A stretch of 61,807 nucleotides of DNA from an uncultured Gammaproteobacteria bacterium (GTDB lineage Bacteria; Patescibacteriota; Microgenomatia; Levybacterales; UBA12049). Shown one piece after another: positions 35,943-43,856 of this stretch. The stretch's first letter is position 1. Every line of letters begins with the position of its first letter. Location of the stretch: assembly GCA_964603935.1 (NCBI GenBank), contig CAZRWL010000003.1, positions 1 through 61,807 on the forward strand. The letters are read 5' to 3'. The position numbers were made by a program, and so were the translations under genes. The notes under the pieces are model-generated. The model worked only from the letters and a program-made list of their open reading frames with translations, was not told where the DNA came from and ran no database searches.

Positions 35943-36029
35943 AATATAACAAAAGTATACACAAATGTTACTTAATTTGTCAATACCCAAAATGTGCAAC
36001 CAAAGTTTTTCCGCGGATGCAATTATTTT

Positions 36030-36614
36030 TTATTTTAGCAAACCTTCTTTTTTAATTCGCCTGAATAAAACCATTGAGGAGACCTTAAATTTTTCCGGAA
36101 GAAATTCCAAATACGGGATTGCGAAATCTTCTTCTTTTGAAAGCTGGTTCTTCAAAGCTTTGTTGACTTCCTCTTTCAATGGCTTATCGGGAACCAAAAC
36201 GCAACCGGCAAAAATGTTCGCTTGTCTTTCCAGCCAATCATAATCTTCATTAGACATATTATCTTGATATCTAAAATATTCCTCAGGGGTATTAAATAAC
36301 CCCATGCAATATATTTCTTTATGCAGAATCATGTGTCCAATTTCATGCGCTAAGGTAAATCTCGTTCTTTCTAAAAACTTTTCAAACACAGATGAATCAA
36401 TGGTTATCTCATCACATTTTGAGTTAATGAATCCGTCTATATCGAATTTTTCCTTTAAACCTAATACCGCAGTTAACTTAATTCCGAGCCTTAGCTCTAT
36501 GATTTCATCTATTGGTATGGGAATTGTTCTCTCTTTATGATGCTTTTCCAAAAAAATCTCTGTCTGTTTCTTTATGGCGGAGTAAGTGAGGATTGGGGCG
36601 GAAATTTTATTCAT
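36030..36614 (-). CDS. ImmA/IrrE family metallo-endopeptidase (COG2856/DUF955)
   Basis: HEIGHMILH zinc motif. There is an 8-nt overlap with the upstream XRE gene. Confidence 0.8.
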   Translation of the reverse strand: MNKISAPILTYSAIKKQTEIFLEKHHKERTIPIPIDEIIELRLGIKLTAVLGLKEKFDIDGFINSKCDEITIDSSVFEKFLERTRFTLAHEIGHMILHKEIYCMGLFNTPEEYFRYQDNMSNEDYDWLERQANIFAGCVLVPDKPLKEEVNKALKNQLSKEEDFAIPYLEFLPEKFKVSSMVLFRRIKKEGLLK

Positions 36615-36993
36615 GCCTTGTCTTATCTCCGCCTTTTTTCAAGAAATCGATCAGCTTTTTGGCCTTTTCCTTATTTATTTTTTTATTATCTGCTGTTCTT
36701 AAAAAGGCAGGCAAAAGTGAATTTAGATCAGGAATTGCTTTCTTAATATCTTTCGAGACCTCCTCATTAGCGATATAAGCGAGATCAAAAAATATCACCC
36801 ATTCTTCAGTTTCTTTTTTTAGCTTAAGAGAAATTGCCAATGCTTGCAATTTACCTTCTTCTTTTGGCGGTTTTATTACATTGTTTTCCAAACGACTGAT
36901 GTATGCCGGATCAAAACCATATCTTTCACAGAAAGACCTTAACGTTAATCTTGAACTTAATCTTTTTTGCCTAAAGAAATCACCGAATTTCAT
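36607..36993 (-). CDS. XRE family helix-turn-helix transcriptional regulator
   Basis: FRQKRLSSRLTLRSFCERYGFDPAYISRLENN is an HTH_3-type motif. Confidence 0.8.
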   Translation of the reverse strand: MKFGDFFRQKRLSSRLTLRSFCERYGFDPAYISRLENNVIKPPKEEGKLQALAISLKLKKETEEWVIFFDLAYIANEEVSKDIKKAIPDLNSLLPAFLRTADNKKINKEKAKKLIDFLKKGGDKTRHE

Positions 36994-37004
36994 AATTTCC
37001 TCCT

Positions 37005-37039
37005 GTTGTATTTATAATACAACAACTAACGCTTGTCAA
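37005..37039 (-). promoter_or_regulatory. promoter (TTGACA-17-TATAAA) with overlapping inverted-repeat operator for the xre-immA pair
   Basis: On the minus strand, TTGACA lies at 37034-37039 and TATAAA at 37011-37016. The palindrome gttgtat-n5-atacaac (37005-37023) overlaps the -10, and AGGAGG lies 6 nt before the ATG. Confidence 0.55.
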
Positions 37040-37136
37040 CCCCAAAAATAGCCTCGTTTTAGCCACAAAAATCAAAGAAATTAGGTCATTATTGTCTTTA
37101 CGATAACAAAGCATCCCCGCCAACACAACAGACTTA

Positions 37137-37673
37137 TTAACTAAAATCCGGCCGATCTAGCAAATTTAATCCAAATTCAATGACTTTTAAGCTCATATCG
37201 TCCATTAATTTAATTGCATCCTCTAATTCTTTTAGCTCTACTGATTTTCTGGCTTTTGATAAGTTAAATCTTTTCCCCCGCTCAAATGCGTCACGAGTAT
37301 TGATTTTTTCCGCTTGAAGATTATCTTTATCAACGCCATATCGGATAAACCATAATGAATGGGCCATGTCATTCCTTGCTTCACAACATTTTTGAAGATT
37401 TTTATATATATCCAAAGTGAATTCCTTTCCCTTTTCTTCACCATATCTTTCAATAATTAAAGCTCGCAATAAATCAGCCTTTTGCATAAACTCTAATTTA
37501 TGAGTTATATGTCTACCTATTGTTTGTCTAACTCCTGCATCACCTTTTGCTCCTATGAATTCCCACAGTACAAATTCCATCATCCCTTCCAGATGGCTTA
37601 ACATTGTGATAACTTCCCCAATTTTTTCTAAATATTCTTTCGTTTTTGGATCGCTTTTATCAATTATTTTCAT
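37137..37673 (-). CDS. hypothetical protein with HEPN-like Rx4H motif
   Basis: All-helical-looking 178-aa protein with CEARNDMAHS (R-N-x3-H). It starts 6 nt after the Dcd-fold paralog's stop. Confidence 0.4.
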   Translation of the reverse strand: MKIIDKSDPKTKEYLEKIGEVITMLSHLEGMMEFVLWEFIGAKGDAGVRQTIGRHITHKLEFMQKADLLRALIIERYGEEKGKEFTLDIYKNLQKCCEARNDMAHSLWFIRYGVDKDNLQAEKINTRDAFERGKRFNLSKARKSVELKELEDAIKLMDDMSLKVIEFGLNLLDRPDFS

Positions 37674-37679
37674 GAGGGT

Positions 37680-38255
37680 TTATACCTGCTTTTCCTTCTT
37701 TCGGGCTGTTACCCGGCCGCCTTGCCACTGGCCGCGGTAAAGATTGCCACCACCCTTGACCTCATTAAACTGGATATGTACAAACCTCGCGCCCATTTCG
37801 ATTTCAACAGTTACCGGCCCTTCATTTTTCAGACCAAAAATCAGTCCTCCACAATAACCCGGCGGAACATTGCCTGTACGAAGAAACAAACCTGAACGAT
37901 AAGTCGTACTTCTTGGAGTAATACTTGCGGTTAAATTATTTGGCATGTTAACCGTCTCAATGGTCTTAACCAGAAAAAAATCCCCGGGTTTTATGGTAAT
38001 TTTTTCTTTTCCCTTATTTAACGATTTCGAGCGGCCGCTTGCATTTATTAAATGATTATATTTTGCTATTAACTCTATTTCTGCGGTCTTTCGATGAGTT
38101 TCTCCCAAAAAAGCGTCTCCGGATATTGAATAAACTTCCCCCAAGCGCAAATCAAACCCCGCGCCCTCAGGATTAGTCAGCTCGCGCTCACTCAAACCCT
38201 CAACGAGTTTTTTGGTTTTTACAAGTTGCAATAATTTTTTCGGCCCCAAAACCAT
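37680..38255 (-). CDS. dCTP deaminase/dUTPase-fold paralog (catalytic residues apparently substituted)
   Basis: PRSTTYRSGLF...GNVPPGYCGGLIFGLKNEG aligns by eye to Dcd GRSSLARLG...RIDPGWSGCIVLEFYNSG, with Asp replaced by Pro and Glu replaced by Gly. Confidence 0.65.
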   Translation of the reverse strand: MVLGPKKLLQLVKTKKLVEGLSERELTNPEGAGFDLRLGEVYSISGDAFLGETHRKTAEIELIAKYNHLINASGRSKSLNKGKEKITIKPGDFFLVKTIETVNMPNNLTASITPRSTTYRSGLFLRTGNVPPGYCGGLIFGLKNEGPVTVEIEMGARFVHIQFNEVKGGGNLYRGQWQGGRVTARKKEKQV

Positions 38256-38261
38256 ACATTC

Positions 38262-38375
38262 AATAACCCAATACTACCAGTAAACAAATAGTCCAATCAA
38301 TAAACCAATTCCCAATTCTAAATTCTGTATTTTACATTGATTTGTTTATTGGGTTATTTGCCTATTTGTTTATTA
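38262..38375. repeat. REP-C element (divergent copy)
   Basis: aataacccaatactaccagtaaacaaatagtccaatcaataaaccaatt ... ttacattgatttgtttattgggttatttgcctatttgtttatta. The right arm supplies the last tmk codons (VINK stop). Confidence 0.7.
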
Positions 38376-39039
38376 CCGAAATAATCTCGGTTGTTACTTC
38401 TCCCACCTCTCCCTCCCCATCCACAACCGTTATTTCTTTGCCAAACTTCCCCGCCAGCCAATCATAGCCTTCAATTACTTTCCTAAGCTTTTCCGAATCT
38501 TCATAAATTTCCTTTACATCGTCTTTTCCTGAAATTCTGAAGATGGCTGTTTGCAGAGAAACTTTCAGCAAAAAAGTGTAATCCGGCACTATGAATTGAT
38601 GATACATTGATAAAATTGACTGGGAGATAAGCAGCGCGTCTGCCATTCTGTAATCATAATCATTTTTCATCCTGTCCAAAATCCCGTACACAACCGCGGA
38701 CCAAAAGCACCTGTCCGAAATTACGACACTTCCCGCTTGAAGAGCCGGGATAATTACTTCCTCCTGATGCAAAACGCGGTCTGTGGAAAATAAATATTGA
38801 AGAGCAACCGAGGACATTTTTATTTTCCCGGTTAAAACTCTCTGGATAATGTCTCCAACCAGCCCATCTCTTCTCGGTTCCCGCGTTCTCACCACCAGCC
38901 TTCCTTTTTTCTCAAAATATTTTGCCAATTTTTCGGCTTGAGTTGTTTTTCCCGACCCGTCAATTCCCTCCAGGACAATGTACAACCCTTTGTACGGATT
39001 TCTTTTGAGGTCAATGTCTAATTCAACGTGATACTTCAT
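38362..39039 (-). CDS. tmk: thymidylate kinase
   Basis: P-loop EGIDGSGKTTQ and a DR(C/Y) motif (ISDRCFWS). Confidence 0.9.
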   Translation of the reverse strand: MKYHVELDIDLKRNPYKGLYIVLEGIDGSGKTTQAEKLAKYFEKKGRLVVRTREPRRDGLVGDIIQRVLTGKIKMSSVALQYLFSTDRVLHQEEVIIPALQAGSVVISDRCFWSAVVYGILDRMKNDYDYRMADALLISQSILSMYHQFIVPDYTFLLKVSLQTAIFRISGKDDVKEIYEDSEKLRKVIEGYDWLAGKFGKEITVVDGEGEVGEVTTEIISVINK

Positions 39040-39043
39040 GCGT

Positions 39044-39150
39044 TAATACTACCAATACTACCAATTTCAAATACTACCAATCAATCATCAAATATAGAAT
39101 TTTAAATTTTGCATTGATTTGCATATTGGGTTATTTGTTTATTGGGTTAT
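39044..39150. repeat. REP-C element
   Basis: taatactaccaatactaccaatttcaaatactaccaatcaatcatcaaatatagaat ... tttgcattgatttgcatattgggttatttgtttattgggttatttt. The right arm encodes the dcd C-terminus (NNPINK stop). Confidence 0.8.
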
Positions 39151-39715
39151 TTTCCTCGTGTATTCTGCTTTCGTTCGGGCCGTTTTGAATTTTGTATTTT
39201 GCTTGGGCTTTTTTCGCGTATGGAACTTCCGCGGCGCTTGTTAGTTCTTCAAAAGTCATGGCGCAAATTCTCATTCCCGGAGTTAATTTGACAGCCATTC
39301 TTCCCAAATTACCAAGCTCCAAAACGCATTTCCCGTCCCATCCCGGATCAAAAATTGAAGCTGTTGAATGGACAACTATTCCTAGCCTTCCCAAAGAACT
39401 TCTTCCTTCAAGCCTGCCCATCAGATCCGGGGCGATTTTTACTCTTTCCAAAGTTACAGCCAGCACGAAATCTCCGGGCTGCATCACAAAACTTTCTCCT
39501 TTTTTCACTTTTACTTCTTTGGTAATTTCGTTGGAATAATCTTTTTTTGCGGGATCAATGTAAGCGTTTCTGCTGTGGTCAAAAACCCGGAAAGTACTGC
39601 CAAGACGAAGATCAATGGAGCAAGAACCAAGCTGAGTTTTCAGATCGGGTTTGGGAGTGATAATAATTCTGTCTTGCAGAAAAGCTTTTTTAATATCCCC
39701 ATCCGCCAAAATCAT
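39131..39715 (-). CDS. dcd: dCTP deaminase
   Basis: GSCSIDLRLG and GRSSLGRLGIVVHSTASIFDPGWDGKCVLELGN, with the catalytic Glu retained. Confidence 0.9.
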   Translation of the reverse strand: MILADGDIKKAFLQDRIIITPKPDLKTQLGSCSIDLRLGSTFRVFDHSRNAYIDPAKKDYSNEITKEVKVKKGESFVMQPGDFVLAVTLERVKIAPDLMGRLEGRSSLGRLGIVVHSTASIFDPGWDGKCVLELGNLGRMAVKLTPGMRICAMTFEELTSAAEVPYAKKAQAKYKIQNGPNESRIHEENNPINK

Positions 39716-39770
39716 AAAATGAGTTTATCAGGAAAACCTGCATTTGTGAAGAGGAAAAAACCAATTATTA

Positions 39771-42173
39771 TTATTTACCCTTAACTATTAACTTTACTCC
39801 TCTTTTGATCATTTCCGTAACAAATAACTGCCACGCCACATCATCAATCAAAGCGTCAACAATCTTTTGACCATTCCTTCTTTTTGCCACTAAATCTGGG
39901 TATTTTTTACCTATGGCATTCAAAGATTGCTCAACCAAATCTCCCCACCCATCATTTCCTCTAAGATTAAATGTTGAGCTGATGTAGTTAAGACTTGTTA
40001 AGTGATCCGTACTTTTTACATCCTCTAGCTGCGACTGTAAATATGCTCCCTTTTTACACATTTCTTTAATAAACAAATCTCTGTCTGTAACCGCAACTAT
40101 AGTCTTTGTATGATTCTTTCTCTGCGCTATTAAATCTGGATTTCTCTCTCGCACAGCCTGCAAAGCTGCATCTATTATGTGTTTCATCTTTTCATTCCCT
40201 AAATTAATAAATGTTTCATTAAGATTGACCTGATTTATCGCAAAATCCGTTTCCCTAATATTTTCAACGGGTTGTTTTAAAACAACCTTCAGCTTAATCA
40301 TTTCATCAATAAACCTTTGCCTATCTGTAACTACATCAACAGTAAATCCCTTACTGCTTCTTCTTACCGCTACCAATTCTGGATTTTTTTCCCGTATTGC
40401 TTTTAAAGCTTGATCAGCTAAAGATCTAAGCTTTGAAGAGTTACCTTCAAATGCTGACTTAAGACTGATAGTATTTACGGCAAAATCAGTTACTTCAACA
40501 TCCTTTATGTCAATCCGTCTTGCAACAGCTCCCAATTTAACCATTTCATCTATAAACCTTTGCCTATTCGTAACTACATCTACAAGTCTTTTGCCATTCC
40601 ATCTTTTTAGCACTAAGCCTGGGTCTTCTTCCCACATCAATGTTAACGCCTTCTGACGCAAGCTCAATGCCTCTTTCGATCTTATTCCAACGAACATCTC
40701 CTGAAGAGTATCTATGTCTACTGAAAAGTCTGTTTCCTGTACTTCCAATAGCCCTTCTTTTTGCAATTCGCTAAGCGGTTTTATATCGGCTTGTTTCCCC
40801 ATAGATTTCACTTGAGATGATTGAGTTAGCTTATTGATATCTGCTTCGCGGCCAAGATACAAAAGACCATTATTGAGCTGTTTCACATTTTCTTTCATCC
40901 ACATTCCCATGTTGTATGACCAGTTATATTGGTTGGTTTGATACAAAAAGTCCAGTATTGTTCCGTACGCCTTGCCTTCAGCGTTTCTCGCAAGTCTTCC
41001 CGTATACTGTGTGTATCTTAATTCGGAATCGGTTGGCGACGCCCAAACAAGCGCTTCTGTGGCAGGCGCGTCAAATCCTTCACCCAAAATATAAGGAGAT
41101 ACAATTACCTGCAAGCTTCTTTCATCTTTTTCAGGAAGTTTATATCTTTCTATGCTATCTAGCGCGGGTATTTCTTCCGAATGTATCTGCCTTGCTGCCT
41201 GCTGATTTACCGCAACTCCTACTTTTATACCTTTTGCTTTCAATAATCTTGCCAGCTCCTCTGCTTCCCATACGAAATTAACTGCAATAACTGTTTTGTA
41301 ATGCTTTCCTTCAGCAGAGATAACTCCCGCTACTTTGTCTGCAATACAAGGTCTTAGATTGGGGCTTTCTTTGAGAAGTCTCTCAAGCTTAACATAGTCA
41401 ATTTTTCCATTCATTGTCATTGGAACCTCCTTAACAAGGCCGGATGTATCTACTTGCATTCCGATAAGAGGGGGAAGAAAACCTAAATTTTGCGCTTCAG
41501 GCAATGGCAAAGATTTTACTATTTTAAACCCATAATCCTCAGGATTTCTCAATACTCCGGAGTGTCTATACGCGGTGGCTGTAAAACCAACAGCATTTTT
41601 GAATTTTTCAACAGTTGCTTTCCTCAATGGAGTCCCCATGTTATGCACTTCATCAACAATGCAAAAATAATCATCGGGTTTTAATAATCCTCTTCTTATT
41701 TGAGACTGTACGGTCTGAATAGTCGCTATATGAACATTTGAATTCTTATCTCCTAATTCCCCCGTCTTGTACAAAAAAGGCTTTTCATCTACCAAAGGAT
41801 TTTCATCTATAGAAGTTGTTTCCGATGTTAGTCTATCGTCATCTTCGGACTCCATATAGCCCTCCAAAGCTTCATGAGATTGCTCAACGAGAGTAGTTTT
41901 TGTTCCGGCAATAAGAAGAACTTTAGAATGCCTATCTCTGCGCATTTGTTTTTCTATTATTCTGTGAATTACGTTCCCTTTCCCAAAACCCGTTGCCATT
42001 GCAGCCATTGGGAATGGATCACCTTCTTTCCTCTGATCCAGATAGTCAATGCAGGTGTTCGCAGTTTCTTCTTGAATATGATTGCGAAGCTGTTGCTGTT
42101 CCGGAGTTAAAAGACCGTCTTTGCCGGCCTCGCCTGTAAAACCGTGAATTGTCCGCTCTTGACTTGCTAGCAT
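39771..42173 (-). CDS. SF2 (DEAH/ResIII-type) helicase with four tandem ~80-aa C-terminal repeats
   Basis: Walker A ATGFGKG, DEVH box (IVDEVHN), motif III GFTATA, motif V GEGFDAP and motif VI YTQYTGRLAR. Residues ~476-800 form four repeats sharing TDF..., ...NP(E/D)L(V/I)..R, and VVTDRQRFIDEM.K. Confidence 0.8.
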   Translation of the reverse strand: MLASQERTIHGFTGEAGKDGLLTPEQQQLRNHIQEETANTCIDYLDQRKEGDPFPMAAMATGFGKGNVIHRIIEKQMRRDRHSKVLLIAGTKTTLVEQSHEALEGYMESEDDDRLTSETTSIDENPLVDEKPFLYKTGELGDKNSNVHIATIQTVQSQIRRGLLKPDDYFCIVDEVHNMGTPLRKATVEKFKNAVGFTATAYRHSGVLRNPEDYGFKIVKSLPLPEAQNLGFLPPLIGMQVDTSGLVKEVPMTMNGKIDYVKLERLLKESPNLRPCIADKVAGVISAEGKHYKTVIAVNFVWEAEELARLLKAKGIKVGVAVNQQAARQIHSEEIPALDSIERYKLPEKDERSLQVIVSPYILGEGFDAPATEALVWASPTDSELRYTQYTGRLARNAEGKAYGTILDFLYQTNQYNWSYNMGMWMKENVKQLNNGLLYLGREADINKLTQSSQVKSMGKQADIKPLSELQKEGLLEVQETDFSVDIDTLQEMFVGIRSKEALSLRQKALTLMWEEDPGLVLKRWNGKRLVDVVTNRQRFIDEMVKLGAVARRIDIKDVEVTDFAVNTISLKSAFEGNSSKLRSLADQALKAIREKNPELVAVRRSSKGFTVDVVTDRQRFIDEMIKLKVVLKQPVENIRETDFAINQVNLNETFINLGNEKMKHIIDAALQAVRERNPDLIAQRKNHTKTIVAVTDRDLFIKEMCKKGAYLQSQLEDVKSTDHLTSLNYISSTFNLRGNDGWGDLVEQSLNAIGKKYPDLVAKRRNGQKIVDALIDDVAWQLFVTEMIKRGVKLIVKGK

Positions 42174-42265
42174 ATCCGTATTGTATCAAATAACCCTATA
42201 GTTATCAAGCCTGGACGAAATCGTAAAATGGGTTTACCACAAAGAAAATTTTTTACCAATTGTCA

Positions 42266-42946
42266 TTAATCCGGACTCAAACGCATCAGTATTTCTTTGT
42301 ATGTAGGCAGAATTGCTGACAGCGCTTCTCCTGCTAAAGGCTGTAATTCGTAAATAAATACATAAACCGCCTGAGGCAAAAGCGCACGTTGATAAGAAGA
42401 TCTTTGAATAAAAGATAAAAATGTCATATCTCTCTTTTCGCTTCTTTCGCTCAAGATGCTTCTTATAATTTGCGTTTGCTCTTGAGACGTACGCAATCTC
42501 GAACCATCCTTTTGCTGATGCCTCCTTAATGCAGCTTTGATGTCTGTTAATTTAGCTTGAGGTATAGGCGTTCCCTTAACTGTTTCATTCAGATTGTCAA
42601 CAAAAACCTTATCATCCCATCCAAAAACCCCTTGCTCCAAAGCATGCAATACGCTTCCTAATATAACCTCACCAAAACCATATAGAAATTTTTCTTTTGA
42701 CCAATCGTTTAATCCACTGACAATAGATTGCATACTTAAGGTATCGGAATTGCCGGACAGCAATTCTTTCAAGTTAGCGCTTCCTTCATCTTTCATAACC
42801 AATCCAAGGGCAACAGGTTTTGAAACCGCATTTCCCCCCATTTTCTGTTCCTGCCATCTTTTTTCGGCTTTATCCGCAAGTACTTCAGGTATTTCAAAAT
42901 GCTCACCCCTCAATAGGGGAAATTCAGGCCCATTCATAGAAAACAA
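42266..42946 (-). CDS. hypothetical protein upstream of the helicase
   Basis: ORF only, on the same strand, 92 nt upstream of the helicase start. Confidence 0.4.
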   Translation of the reverse strand: MFSMNGPEFPLLRGEHFEIPEVLADKAEKRWQEQKMGGNAVSKPVALGLVMKDEGSANLKELLSGNSDTLSMQSIVSGLNDWSKEKFLYGFGEVILGSVLHALEQGVFGWDDKVFVDNLNETVKGTPIPQAKLTDIKAALRRHQQKDGSRLRTSQEQTQIIRSILSERSEKRDMTFLSFIQRSSYQRALLPQAVYVFIYELQPLAGEALSAILPTYKEILMRLSPD

Positions 42947-42960
42947 ATTCTACCATAGAT

Positions 42961-43019
42961 TTATTTTTTATCCAAACCGTTAATTAAACCCCTTATCTCC
43001 CCAACCAAATATAAAGTCC
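42961..43019 (-). pseudogene. relic of a folC/Mur-ligase 3' end
   Basis: The minus-strand translation ...TLYLVGEIRGLINGLDKK-stop contains a 25-nt exact copy (42992-43016) of the folC codons for LYLVGEIR at 47161-47185. Confidence 0.55.
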
Positions 43020-43089
43020 TTATCACCATTGACGGAAACGCAAAAGGTATGTAACATTAAATACAATTAACAGAAATTAGTTTTCAATT

Positions 43090-43806
43090 ATGACTCAAGA
43101 AATTGCAACAAAAATAGCAGTCTTTCAAAAAAAAGAGATACGCAAAATCATCCATAAAAATGAATGGTGGTTTTCAATTATAGATATTATTGAAGCTTTA
43201 ACTGGTACAAAAAGACCAAGAAAATATTGGAATGATCTCAAAAAGAAACTAATAAAAGAGGGTTATTCCGAAGTGTCCGAAAATATCGGACAGTTGAAAA
43301 TAACCGCTCCAGATGGGAAAAAACGAGAAACCGATTGCGCCAACACGGAAACTGTTTTTCGTATAATTCAAACCATCCCGTCATCTAAAGCCGAGCCATT
43401 CAAGCGTTGGTTAGCAAAAGTGGGATATGAGCGAGTGCAAGAAATTGAAGATCCGGAACTTGCAACTAAAAGAACCAAGATGCTCTATAAGCTTAAGGGG
43501 TATTCTGAAAATTGGATAGAAAAACGAATACGTGGAATTGCTATCCGCGAAGAATTGACGGATGAATGGCAAAAACGAGGCGTAAAAGAACAAAAAGAAT
43601 ATGAAATATTAACTGCCGAAATTTCCAAAGCAACCTTCGGCGTGACACCGAGTGAATATAAAAAATTAAAAGGACTGAAGCGGCAGAATTTACGCGACCA
43701 CATGAATGACTTGGAATTAATTTTCAATATGCTCGGTGAGCGAGTAACAACAGAAATCTCTCAGCAAGAAAAACCGGATAAACTATTTGCCAAAATCAGA
43801 AGATAA
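43090..43806 (+). CDS. Bro-N domain / DinD-like (phage antirepressor-type) protein
   Basis: FQKKEIRKIIHKNEWWFSIIDIIEAL... and KAEPFKRWLAKVGYERVQEIEDPE are typical of Bro-N family proteins. Confidence 0.65.
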   Translation: MTQEIATKIAVFQKKEIRKIIHKNEWWFSIIDIIEALTGTKRPRKYWNDLKKKLIKEGYSEVSENIGQLKITAPDGKKRETDCANTETVFRIIQTIPSSKAEPFKRWLAKVGYERVQEIEDPELATKRTKMLYKLKGYSENWIEKRIRGIAIREELTDEWQKRGVKEQKEYEILTAEISKATFGVTPSEYKKLKGLKRQNLRDHMNDLELIFNMLGERVTTEISQQEKPDKLFAKIRR

Positions 43807-43856
43807 AAAAATATTGAAATAATATTCTGTAGTATTAAATACAATCAAGATAATTT

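Noticed and set aside
37680-38255. Calling the second Dcd-like gene an anti-phage dCTP deaminase.
   Set aside because: As I recall them, the described defensive dCTP deaminases are kinase plus CMP/dCMP-type zinc deaminase fusions, not Dcd/Dut-fold trimers. This protein also appears to lack the Dcd catalytic Glu. It is kept only as a hypothesis in the findings.
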